This document shows, piece by piece, positions 49,018 to 61,089 of a DNA stretch of 64,000 bases. A model generated the notes under the pieces. That model had not been told where the DNA came from. It did not search any database and saw nothing but the letters and a program-made list of their open reading frames with translations. The position numbers and the translations under genes are program-made. The stretch is taken from contig OZ316893.1 in the NCBI GenBank assembly GCA_973895155.1, positions 25,842,798 to 25,906,797 of the forward strand, read 5' to 3'. The stretch is from Marsupella aquatica (lineage: Eukaryota > Plantae > Marchantiophyta). How positions within the stretch are numbered: position 1 is the first letter of the stretch; each line of letters begins with the position of its first letter.

Positions 49018-49462
49018 CTCCCCCTCCATGCCTTGCCCTCTTTAATCGTGCAATGCATGTGCAGTAGACTTGTAAAAATTAAAATTAAAACCATGCCTCC
49101 CCCTCCATGTCTTGCCCTCTTTAATTGTGCAATGCATGGGCACCAGACTTGTAAAAATTAGAACTAAAACCATGCCTCCCCCTCCATGTCTTGCCCTCTT
49201 TAATTGTGCAATGCATGGGCACTAGACTTGTAAAAATTAAAACAAAAACCTTGCCTCCCCATTCATGCCATGCCCTCTTTAATTCTGCAATGCATGGGCA
49301 CTAGACTTGTAAAAACTAAAACTAAAACCGTGCCTCCCCCTCCATGCCTTGCCCTCTTTAATTGTGCAATGCATGGGCACTAGACTTGTAAAACATATAA
49401 CGAAAACCGTGCCTCCCCCTCCATGCCTTGCCTTCTTTCATTGTGCAGTGCCATGGGCATTA
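49018..49462. repeat. Minisatellite, 79-bp unit, ~5.5 copies
   Basis: The cccctccatg-type motif recurs at 49021, 49100, 49179, 49258, 49337 and 49416. Unit consensus: cctccccctccatgccttgccctctttaattgtgcaatgcatgggcactagacttgtaaaaattaaaactaaaaccgtg. Confidence 0.97.
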
Positions 49463-49994
49463 GGCTGGTAAATATTAACACCAAAACCATTTCCACTCAG
49501 GTCAAGATTTAATCTTAGAGGGAATAAAAACATCTTGTAAACCCCCACCTTATTACTCGATGACTGTACACTATGCACAGCTGACTGTACTGCGATATAA
49601 TGTACAGGGGTTTTGCTCGAGGATCTTGAACTTACAGTTGCAACTCTCAAAACCGAGTTTCTCTGAAGAACGCTGTGCTGCTGGTTGGATTTGTTGCCTT
49701 CTCGACGACTGTGGATGTTGGATTCACCCGTGTGTTTTCGAATCCTACTGTGAACTATTTGACGTCGTTCTGGTATGTCACCACATTCTAGAGACGTTGT
49801 CACGAGCTTTTACAATCTGTAATGTGTGCACGTCTCTGTTTAGGCCCCATCTCTGCTTCTTTTTTGATCCAATTTCATGATCGTTGCTTCTCGTAATCGT
49901 GAATTTCATAATCGTTCGACAATAGATGTGGGTTTAGTATGTTGTCGGAATGATTATTGTGGGTCGGCAGCTGCAGGAGGACGACGTGACTTCT

Positions 49995-52456
49995 ATGGCG
50001 GAATCCGGTGGAGGGCACGTTCGGCGGCAGCCAGAGGAGTTGTTCGAAGCTGCTGCGAAAGGTGATAATAAATTGTTCGAGGAGCTACCAGAGCAGCAGC
50101 TTCTCCAAGCTTTGTCCCTCAGGAACGAAGATGGCCGATCTCTTCTGCATGTGGCTGCCGCTGCTGGACACGCTCACGTAATCTCCGTCCCTCACTTACT
50201 TTCTTTAGAGAAATTAGTTCATTGTTTCAGCCGCTCTCCCCCGAAAACTCACGATTTCTTTCTCTCTGTGAAATTGAGTCACCAACCACCTTATGCACTA
50301 GAGAGAACGCTGATGATTATGTGACTTGATCCTGTCGTGGGGCGACTTCCTCTACTTGTCCTCTCATTCCCAAAGATGTTTTATCCAACCCTACCTTTTC
50401 AAACCCATATCACTGGTATGGACCAAGGTGGTCGTGGGGTGAACCTTTGATTGCAATGTATGTTGAATTTACGTAGGCTTTTGGAAAGCAAATAGGTGGA
50501 TGAATTTTAGAATTCTCTCGGCCAGATTGAATCTGTAAGCTGAGCAGCTGACATAACATTGAGCAGCTGACATAACAATGACGGATGTTTAGGACCAAGC
50601 CTAAAGCTCGACGATATCCCCTTCGTTGAGTCAATGTTGCACCTGTTTAGAGTTGAGCAAGGCATGCGATTTTTCTCCTCAATTCTTTTCCTTAAAAATT
50701 GCCAGAAGTGCCTGAAAACCTCAATGTCAACAGACAATGTTTTTTTGAGCTCATCTGTATTGAAGGTATTTAATTGTTACGCGTCCTTAACACAAAATAT
50801 CACTGCCTTAGCCTGACGCCTACTTCTGCCTTGCCCACAACAACCTATTCGCAGGAGGGTTAACATTTGTGAGTCGGTTTGCTAGAAACGAACATATAGT
50901 CATGTGGTGATTCGGAAGAAGATACGTGGCCTGACAAATCGTATCACAGGTAGTTAGGATGCTTTGTGACGGTGTAGATGCAGTAACAAGTGGAATCAAC
51001 GCTTGCGATGACGAGGGTTGGACTCCACTACATTCTGCAGTAAGCACTGGAAATGGTTCTATCACCGAAGCACTGTTGCTGGCAGGTGAGTTCGATTATC
51101 TATTGATTAACATCAACCCATCCACTCTTTTATGATTTGAATTCGTCTCGTAAGGGTATGCAGGAAGATTAAAGAAAGTTCAAGATTTATAAGGATTTAT
51201 GATGCACCTCCAATCTAACATTGCTTTCGGTCTGTTAGGGGCCGACGTCGATACTGCTAATGCAGGGGGTCGGACTGCTCTACACTACGCTGCTAGTAAA
51301 GGTCACTCTGAAATTGCGAGGGCATTGATCAAGCATGGGGCCAAGATTAACAAGAAAGATACGGTTAGAGTTCTGCCTTTCTGTCATCCCTTTCGATTGG
51401 TGCTACCTTCCCTCTTTATGTTTGTCGCTGGTGATGGTATGATATCCACCACTCGGCTACTTTTCCTTTTATGGTCCATCGCTGTGACCATTCAGATATG
51501 CCGTGCAAAGCAATGCCAATACCCAATTGTTTTACAAAATTCTGAGTCCAAGTTTACGTTTTGATCTAAGATTTTCATATCACTAGAAAATTGAAGATTG
51601 TCCGGTAAAAAGAGGAATTCTACCTCGAAGCTCGTCTGTGTGCGGTTAAGGTTCCTTAACCAGAATTCCCTCTGACCATGTGTCTGGCAACTGAAAACCA
51701 GTAACTTCTTCAGAGAGAAAACGTTAAATCTAGTGGTGGTCATATAAAATGAGAGCTTGTGCATGTGCAGACGGGTAGCACACCATTGCATCGTGCTGCC
51801 AGTGCAGGGCATACAGAAGTTGCTGAGGTATTGATCGAGGAAGGTGCTGATCTTGAGGCGTCTGATAACGAGGGTCAAACTCCACTCATGCTTGCTACCA
51901 TTTGTGAGAATCGCCAGGTTTGCCCCTTACCAGATGCCTCAGTTGATCGTTGGTCAGACTCGCTGCATTAATAGGGATCGTATCGGCTGTCAGAATGCTG
52001 CTGTAAATAGTGTTTCAATGAGCTATAAGAACACACTGGACCTAGATTTCCTGGTTTCTGTTGTCTGGTTGTATTTTGACTCTTCAACTTATTTACAGAG
52101 TACTTCTCACCACAGGTGGGTAGAGATAGTAAGATTAACTTAGTTGCCTTGTGACACCAGTGACATCCAAAATTTGTCCTTGGTCGTACATCCATGGTTG
52201 AGTTCAAGGAACCGCCTTGGGGCAATACTGATGCAGTATTCTCGACCCGGCTTCCGATCTGTTTTTATTCTTGCCAGCTGATTCTTACGCACCGTTCAAT
52301 TGCACATCTGTGACACAACAGGCAGCCCTACTTCTTGTCAGGCATGGAGCAGATGTAGATGCGGAAGACAAGGAGGGATTTACTGTCTTGGGCAGAGCTT
52401 CAGAAGACCTTCGGCCCATACTTATAGAGACAGCGAAGGCAATGATGGAAGTCTGA
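49995..52456 (+). CDS. PSMD10: Ankyrin-repeat protein, gankyrin/Nas6-like 26S proteasome assembly chaperone, 241 aa, 5 exons
   Basis: Exons 49995-50177, 50950-51085, 51239-51363, 51771-51917 and 52322-52456 are GT-AG and in frame. Ankyrin repeats: [56 protein letters not shown]. The C-terminus [26 protein letters not shown] resembles Arabidopsis At2g03430-type proteins. Confidence 0.9.
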
Positions 52457-52715
52457 TGAAGCTAATAGACTTGAGTTTCCATGTTTCCTATCTGCTATCT
52501 TGTCCCCTTGAAAGGAAATGCTCTAACACATAAGTGGAATATTGCGACCCACAGTTGTTTGAATACAGCAATTCTCAAGCGTTCAAACGTAGGACATTCC
52601 AATGTCAAGGAGCTGGCATACTAGCCACTTTGTTCCTTCGACAACAGTTTTCCATTTTCCCCAAAACAATGAAGGGGTGGAATTAGAGTCCTGAAAGATT
52701 CATGCACAGTCAGGT

Positions 52716-53510
52716 TCATACAAAGAGATTTTGAGAGTTGTTTAGGTTAATGATGGGGATCGTGATGCAAAAGTAAACCAGTTTTTTCTCGTAAGGAAGA
52801 AAGGATTTTCCGTTTTGGCAACTCAGGGCCACTCCGAATGTGCAGGAACTGTACAGTTCTGCAGGTCCGCAGTGATGCTCCTCTGAGCTACTGTGAACTA
52901 CGTCCATGATATACTTGAAGTGAGGCCGGAAATACTTTCCCTGCCGATATTCCCTAATCGTGCTTCGGACACTTCCATCCCCTGAATTTTTCAACAGCGA
53001 AAATCTATCTCCATGTTCTTCGAGTGAGGGCATAAATACTTCAACTCCCTGCCGATATCTCAATGGCTAATCATGCTGCTTGCAAGGCAACTCAGAGTCA
53101 CTCCGAATCTGCAGGAATAGTAGTTCTGCAGGTCTGCAGTCATATTCCTCACTCTGTTGTAAACCACGATCCCATGTAACAAAGCCAGTCGTACTGGTCT
53201 CCGTTTCAACGAGTCTGGCAAGGAGAGCCCAGAATCTAGCACTCCACGTTGTGAGATATTGGCCAGAGCCACGTTGGAGGGAGGGACCACCTTGGTTCAT
53301 CACAAAGCTTCTCTGCCGCCCAGAAGCTCGCTGCCATCCTCCTCCAAGTTATCAGCTAAGCCCTCTGCACGAATTGCGTCGCCGACAATGGCATCGCAGC
53401 AAGCCCTCTCTACATATTCAAAGATGCGATAGCAGAAGTAGAGGAATTCTCCAGATGCACCTCAAAGTTCACAAGACGTGATGGCGACGTACATTCTCCA
53501 TCTGCAATCG
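52716..53510 (-). pseudogene. Decayed LRR-like gene fragment with internal duplication
   Basis: Broken - strand frames include LRGASLRTCRTVQFLHIRSGPELP and a second copy ...FLQIRSDSELP. The nucleotide duplication is ~52817-52875 versus ~53086-53142. Confidence 0.25.
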
Positions 53511-54751
53511 AGATCTTTCAAGGAAAGGGTCAGGTCTAGTGTTTTTTTCCCACCTCTGACCGAGCCATTTGTTTCTATGTACATAAAGTGCACCGGTAAG
53601 AGTTAGGCAAGCTTCCGGTAATACTGTTCTTCTGAGGGCCACCACATTTTAATTTGCAAGAGGTCTGCTGCTGTTCCCACGCACAGCAGTGCACCTTTGC
53701 CTCACTGCAAGGTTGATTAGTTTCTCAAAACCTAATGTCCAGAACACATCTTATTGGCCCAGTTGCAATAAATCTGATATGAGCGAACAAAATCCCAATG
53801 CGATAAATCTGATGGGCTCTCTCCTAAAAATGTCATTGCTTAACGTCTACCAGTGGCAATTCTATGTGCATGGCCATTTTCCATGGTACTGCTGTATGTC
53901 ATATCTTTGAGTGATTGAGTTTGGGCCTCAAACAAGCTCACTTAGATCTCCTATTTCAATCCGAGTGTTTAAAAACTTTTTGCTTTGGCTTCAGTTATCA
54001 CACTTTGGTAACGCTTTTTGTGCAGATTGCATCATTTGGGACACTCCTCAACCCTCGACAGTGAAATTTGGTTGAAACAAGTCAGGCGAATGGATTATTT
54101 AACATGCATGAAATCCGGAATTTGCTTTCCACAAAGTAAGAAAATGAATTTCAGACAGGTTTGGAATTCCAAATGGTCTCATTCACATTCCACAACCAAC
54201 TTGTGAAACCAAAGACTTGGGTGGGAGTATGAAGCTTAGTAGAAGCCATTACAAGCGTCGGGTCGGTCGTCTCAAAGTTTAAAAAGGTCCAATCACATCA
54301 CCCAATAACGAGGCGAAGTTTTTTACGCACAACCGTCAAATACCAGCGGTCATATTCCTAGAGCTCATATAAACGATTCCAATTTGACAGACACCATACA
54401 AGTGTGGCAAGTTGCAAGTCGTCCAGTCCCCCAGGAGACCTTCAGAACTGTCAGCACCAAGATCTCCTTCACAACAGGACTTGGCATTTCTGATAAAGGT
54501 CGGCAACTTGATCCCCAGATTGAGTTTCGGCAATGGGGACCCGCCTAAGGAAGGAACTGTTAGTACACAACACAAGGATATTATACATAACTCGAGGCAC
54601 TCACCAGCGTGCCTACTATAAAGGGTGGTCATTTCTACTCATCAGCCATCTCTGAGGTGTTTTAACTTGTTCCGTCTTAATCACCCAAATTCTAAACAAT
54701 TTTTAAGTTTCTAAACCTAAGTCTATGTCTTACGGCGTCCAGGCAAAAACT

Positions 54752-56842
54752 TCAGAGGCCAACAATCTTTTCACTGAGCTCCCACAGTCTCTTGGCTTTT
54801 TCCTTGTTGCTGGCCTCCTCTGAAAGTTCGTTCTCGAAAGAGCCTGAGTTGTTGTTCCAGCTCCAATAAACTCCGGACTTTGACAAGGAAGGATCACTCA
54901 CAACCTGCAGGAATGATGCCACCCAAGGGACTCATAAACCTCTGCCCTTCAATTACAACAAAGAATAGTTCTACAAAACCAATGACTACTTTTGAACAGT
55001 AATAAGACGAAGTCAGAGGATCCAAAAGTTCTACAGAAATGATGCCTAGAGGTTAGAACTAGGAATCACACTACCAGTGGGAATTTAAAGGAAATCATTA
55101 AAAATTCGGATCCAGAACTTGAATGGAGTCTAAGAGCAATACATACCTGGGCCATTCTCTTCCCGGCCTCGGCTTCGGAGACATAGCCCTTGGTTATATA
55201 CTTTTGAAAAGGTGGGAAGAGAGTTCGGAATAGAGGAACGTGCTCCCTGAAGAGACCGGTTTCTGCAATGCATCCAGGGTACAGAGAAGCGAATGTAACG
55301 CCTGTCTTGTCCTTGTACCGTCGGTGAAACTCTTGCATCGTGAGCATGTTGCAGACTTTGCTGTCCTTGTATGCCTTGGCACCATCGAATTCACCTCCGT
55401 CAATCATGGCAGATGCATTCACGCCATTGAGACCCCCAGCCAAACCTCTCAAATCACCGAGATTGGCTTTAGGGGGGACGTTTCCGGCAAGAGTATTGGA
55501 GTTACCTGCAGAAGACCGCAAAACCATTAGCTTTATGAGCTCAGTCAAGCCATAATTCCTTACACAGATATTTAGGCTATACAAATACAGTGCATTTTCT
55601 GAAAGTTAAACTGCTAACACTTTTGTGAACTTTTGCGAACATGTGTACAGTAGAATCCTACTTCTTTCGTCTCAGGTAACTACATTTCTTCACCAGGGTC
55701 AAAGCAAGGACTCTACATGAGACGACTGGAACAGCTTTGAGAAGCCAATACTTAAAAAATAACTCTACGAATACTTCAAACGGCAATCAGGAGAATCATG
55801 AACTCCAAATTCGATGGGATTCCTAGTACAATACCAGTAATAGAGCCGACGATGATCAAGCGCTTCGGACTAGTTTCGTCAGCTTTTTCCAAGTCGTCCA
55901 AAAGCAAGCGAGCCAACAGAAAGTGACCCAAATGGTTAGTTGCGACGCTGAGCTCAATGCCCTCTGCTGAGAAAGTGGGTTCCTTGGCTGTGGGAAAGTA
56001 AACTGCGGCATTGCAAACAAGGACGTCCAATGGCCTTTCTGTCCTCCTAAAGTTGTCCACGAAGTTCTTAACGCTCTCGAAGGAGGCAAGATCGCAATGA
56101 ATGACTGTGTAGTTACTCTTGTCAATTCCAACAGCTTTAGCAGCCCTCTCTGCCTTTAAAAAGTCACGGCATGCCATGATCACATGCCACTCCCCAGTCT
56201 CTGCTAGAGACTTTGCCGTGGCAAGGCCGAGCCCTGATGAAGCACCGGTGATGATGACGGTCCTCTTCGTGGCTACTTTCTTGGTTGAAGGCTTTTCAAT
56301 AGTCTCCACAGGAGCTGCAACGTTGTTGACACTCAGTCTCTTCGCCACTACATTCTTATTGGCAGCAGAAACCTGCGGACATTTCTTTCATGAGTCACTC
56401 ATGGATCTCGGAATACAGCTCGACTGCGTCAAAAATGAATTTTGCAATGAAGTGGGAAGTTCGGTAAGCCGTCAAAATTCCCCACAACGGGAAGGAGAAA
56501 CATGACGCCTATGAAATGAGTGAGAATGAGGCATAAAGGGAAACTGGAAAAGATAGAGGAAACAATACCAATTTGAGAGACTGCACACTGCAGCCAAGCC
56601 TGGCAGCCTCCTCCAGACGAAGGCCGCCCATGGACACAGAATCCTTAGACGAGCTGCGTGCAGCAGAGACATCCTGGAAACAAGCATACGAATTCACATT
56701 TAGAAAACTGCCATAGCTACTCCGAGAAAACTTGTGAAAGGACCTCAACGCACATTCCAATTGAGCCATCAAATCTCACACTCGCCTGTCTCAGGCCAGT
56801 CAAGCTGGCATATCCAACAGAGGTGAGGCTGGTCGCTGCCAT
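54752..56842 (-). CDS. POR: NADPH:protochlorophyllide oxidoreductase (light-dependent, chloroplast), ~403 aa, 5 exons
   Basis: Exons 56842-56786 (or to 56780), 56673-56569, 56372-55835, 55505-55147 and 54904-54752 splice in frame. Motifs: transit peptide; [15 protein letters not shown]; NAAVYFPT; IIVGSITGN; catalytic AYKDSK; [14 protein letters not shown]; [17 protein letters not shown]...[11 protein letters not shown]. Confidence 0.97.
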
Positions 56843-57129
56843 TGCAGAAGCCTGTGGATTGATTGATTTTCTGCACAAGAGAGCTAACTCCACTGAATGC
56901 CCACAATTTTTCCTCACAAGCACTTCTCTCACTGTTAGCTGCTTCAGGGAGCTGGCCGCTGGCTTAGATGCAAGCCTCACTCGATCACAATTCACAGCAT
57001 TCTACAAAACTCAGCATTCATAGACGCCAAACCCTGAACCTCTGTACTAAAAGAAGAGATTGACGAAGCAAACGAGCGCTCCCAAACAGAGGGGGTCGAG
57101 GAGATCGGAGGGGTACCTAGGAGGTCAGC

Positions 57130-57630
57130 TCACAGCCAATCAGTGAAGAGCAACCCATCAGAAACTCGCTCCCCATTGGCTAGTCGGACCAGTGGTGGGC
57201 CCCCAAATCACACCACCTTATCCTCACCACAGAACCGACTCGCGGATTCCGCTCATATCAGCTTCTAACCGCAGTAAACTGGGCTTTCTAACTGCGGTTT
57301 CTGAGCAAAGGCATCGACGGTCGAGATTGAGCATTCGTAAGGATTTCGCGACTGAGACTGTCGATCTTAACCGCGACTGAAGGTTGTCACTAGAGCAGGA
57401 CAGTGCGCCGTAGCTGCGGTTAAATGGACTGAGACACACTGACGGTCGAGATTGAGCTTGTGGTGTGAACTCGCGACTGTGACTGTCGATGCTGGACCGC
57501 GGTTAAAGTGTGACTGGTGACGGGAGGATAAGCGAGCAAGGGGTGGGCCCGAGGGGGGCGTTGGTTCCTTACCCCGAATCCCCCAAAAAGGGTTTTCCCC
57601 ACCAGAGAAAATCAACAGGCACGTGGGCAG
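57130..57630 (-). promoter_or_regulatory. Putative light-responsive promoter region of POR
   Basis: CCAAT boxes at ~57137 (+) and ~57175 (-), GTGGGCCC at ~57195, I-box GATAAGG on the - strand at ~57216-57222, GATAAG at ~57527 and G-box CACGTG at ~57620. The motifs are short, so function is inferred. Confidence 0.45.
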
Positions 57631-58149
57631 AGATCCTGTTGCGTTGGTATTAGATTTCCCGATTTAGTCCCGATAATTATTACATGTAGATCTCTCGAAA
57701 CTAAAGCCCACCTTAACATTGGACAAAATGCCAGGATGGACCAGCGCAACCCAGATGGACCACAAGAAAACCCCTTGTATACTCAGATAGCGTAGTATGG
57801 AGAGGCAGTTGTACTCAGATAGCCTAGTACTAGAGCCTTGCAAAGTAGATGAAGTACTTGTATGGGTTGACGTGTTGGTTTCTTTCTACTCAAATAGCAT
57901 AGTACTACAAGCCCCATGAAAAATAGTGAATCTGTACTATCCAATCTTGGGGTGTATAGGCCTTGACATACATGATATATATGAAGTATACATACATAGT
58001 GGAGGTATTTGCTTGATCAACCCCCAAAATGAAAGATGTTATTTGATCGACCCCCTGAGGTCTATCAACGGTCTAGATCTGAGATTGACAGGTCCATCAA
58101 TGGCCCAGATTGGAGAAAAGTATCCAGGGGTTGATTAAGCAAACTTTTT

Positions 58150-58398
58150 CCAGAAGGGGGTCTACTAAGCATATCTCTCTACATAGTGGTCATAGTAATT
58201 TAGGGTTTTCTAGACATATTTCTCTTGACTCTCCTACGTGTTTGTTTGCAAGCTTTACCAGGCTTTTCAGTTCGTTACTTATAGTAGGGCTTTAGCTCTT
58301 TTGCTAGTCTTGGGGACAGCTGGGTCTTGTTGCTCTTTATCTTTCTTGGGGTTTTCCCTTATTTTGTTCGGTCTCCTGCCTTTGCGATCGTATATACA
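58150..58398 (+). mobile_element. Second, diverged 3' end of the CRE/RLE-like retroelement
   Basis: Translates GFSRHISLDSP...(frameshift)LYQAFQ, homologous to RTSSQISCCDP...ELYQEFQ of the 45685-45982 insert. A T-rich UTR follows and ends in tatata. Confidence 0.45.
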
Positions 58399-60179
58399 CT
58401 ATGCAGTTGGAAAGATACATACTTTTCTCGTCAACACCAACCTTGTTGATGCCGATTGGAGGGTTAATGGAATGGTCCTTCTGAAGTGACAGAACTCCTT
58501 TCTAGTTCTCTCACTTCAGAAATGTTGCTTGGATGGACCACTCCTGTGAACCATGCAACCACAATAGACCAGTTCACTTTGGACCCAATTGTGGATTTTT
58601 AACAAAGGAATAGCAATATTTTAGTACAAAAAGGTTTTGTGTGGTCCATTATTTTGGTTTCTAATAAGTCAGGAATATTTCTACTCTACTCTTTGGAGAT
58701 TTTGAGGTCCCAACACTTTAGTTCACTTGGTATAGTCAAAAAGGGCAACCTTACCTCACTATTTAAACACTATAATATGCAATGTCATTCTTTCTGTGTC
58801 ATGGTTTGTTTAAGAAGTGTGGTTGTAGAGTGAAGTCTTCATAGCTACTTGATTATGGTGACAACTTTCTTAACTATGAGATGGACCTGTGATGCCACTA
58901 TGTACCTTTTCTTTTCCCAACCCATCAATCTTCCTGGGGCTTACACATTCTTTGAAATCCAAATCCAGACTAAGTCACAGATTCCCTGGAGATTCCCTGG
59001 AGTCTCCAACTCCCTAGTCATCTCACTTATGCTTGAAAACACTTTTGCTCAACATCAATTGATATCTACTACAATTCATACTCTACAATGCATGAGCATT
59101 GCGCTAATAGGGCATGTCAAAATAGGGTCTTAAGTGAGGCCAGGCCAAGAACATAAAATGTTTATGGCAAGTATAAAGACCTTAAGGACTACCTAAATAC
59201 ATGCCCTGTAAATTTTAGATGTCAAAAAGGTCACAACCACAAGACCTCTTACAGCAGTGAGGCCTTATGGAACTGGCTTGAAACGCCCTAACCGACTCAT
59301 AAATGGCAGCCGGCATTCATCCCCTTTCAATTAACACACAGTCAGTAGTGCAAATCAGATTCCTTTAAACCACAACTGTCTATAAAGAGCTACTCAGCTA
59401 CGTGTAAACCTGTAGCTCCAATTATAAAGTGCACAAGTTCAGGAATGGGCTTGAGCTCCACAAAAGGCCGTGAGTGCTCCACCTTAGGCCGTGAGTGCTC
59501 CACCTTTTATTGGCAAGTACTCCACCTTTTATGATGAGACACTATTCACTAGAGGACAAGGAATGAGGGAAAGAAAATGAGGAATACTGAGGGAGGGAAT
59601 GGTGCTTTTATATGGGGTTTAATGAAACACGGGCATCATGGACACCTCTAATTGTCAATCAACATTCCAAAGGAACATGTTGTGTAGGTAACCCATCTCC
59701 AAGAGGGGTTACAGCCATTATCCCCAAGTGGGAACGAGCATAATGCTTGAGTAAATTTTTACACAACATTCAGTTCAATTTTACATAGGAAAAGTCTGAT
59801 CCATCATTGTCTGTCACTTGCATTTTACTTTCTAAGCTTTTAATTACATTGCCACCAAAGATGTTTGAATTTACAATATTGCCACTCTTTTTTTCGTATT
59901 TACAAAAATATCACAGTTTCCATATATAGTTCCCCTGGTTACCTTGGTAAACTTGTTATCAGTATATAAAACAATGACATTTTTATAAATAAATCATGAC
60001 ACTCATGGTGATAGTGATCAACCCTACCAAGGCCACCATGGGCCTCCTGGCTATGGTGTGTCTCAAAAGAGAGATAAGGGGATTGAAGGCTCCACTGTTA
60101 GGAATAGTTACTGGATCCACACCATGGGTGGTCAAAGGTGGCTGATCTTGATTCACTCCCGGCCCAAAGAATGAAATTT

Positions 60180-60385
60180 GTGGCCTTGGGGTTTGCTTGG
60201 GTGGCTTCCTTCGCTGCTGCGCTTGGTGCTGTGCTTGTGGGCTTTGGGGCTTGTGATGTCCTTTTTTCTCCGCTGGTCGTCGCCGCGGGGTATTTGGCTA
60301 TCAATAAATTTGTATTAAAAATAAAATAAAAAGTTTTGTTGATTCATTAAAAAAAATACCAACAAAAAAAAAATACCAAAAAACT
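60180..60385 (+). mobile_element. Probable 3' end of a retroposed element with an A-rich tail
   Basis: A G/T-rich tract is followed by AATAAA and an interrupted poly(A) run at 60317-60384. No TSD was found. Confidence 0.35.
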
Positions 60386-61089
60386 AGTGACAGTATTATG
60401 AATTAGAACATGTTTAATGGCAAATTAGAACATGTTTAGGGGCAAAGTAATCAAAAACTGTGTACTTTATTTCTCATTCAAATTGCATAGTCCCTAGTGT
60501 CACTTGCATTTTATTCTATTTCTCATTCAAATTTCATAATCCCCAGGCTAGGGTTGGGTTCCGTGGCGTCACATGGTGGTAATGCCTCATAACCTTATAC
60601 ATACCTATAAAAGAAAAAATTCAAGGACTCTTTACATTGTCAACTAAATCTTGAATTCCTGTTCACAAACTACTAGAAATCTTCACTCTCAAAGCTCCCA
60701 AAGCCTCAGTGCTCAGCGCCTCGCGTCCTCTTCACTCCTTGACTTACAAGCTCACCGCTCCCTCACAACTGTTCAGAGATGCACGACAGAGATGGCATGA
60801 AACTCGCGAGGACGCTGCGATTCGGTTGATGGGCTCCATTCGCGTTGAAACTGCAGAAGTCGATAGCAGTGAGTAACCAAAGCCTACTGTCGGAATTGCT
60901 CATCTTCTTTGTTCTCCATCGCTTTGTCACCTCTTTCTTCATACGGCAAAGGTCGTTGTGAGTAGGAAATAAGCTCGGCTGGGATGAGCTGATCTAGAAC
61001 AAGGCAGACTATGCACTACAGTAGGCGATGTAAATTAGTCTAGAGCCAGCAAGAGGCAGCAGGCAAGCAGGAAAGAAGAGAGGAGGAAG

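Noticed and set aside
49018-49462. CRISPR-like array
   Set aside because: The whole 79-bp unit is repeated with no variable spacers, so it is a minisatellite.
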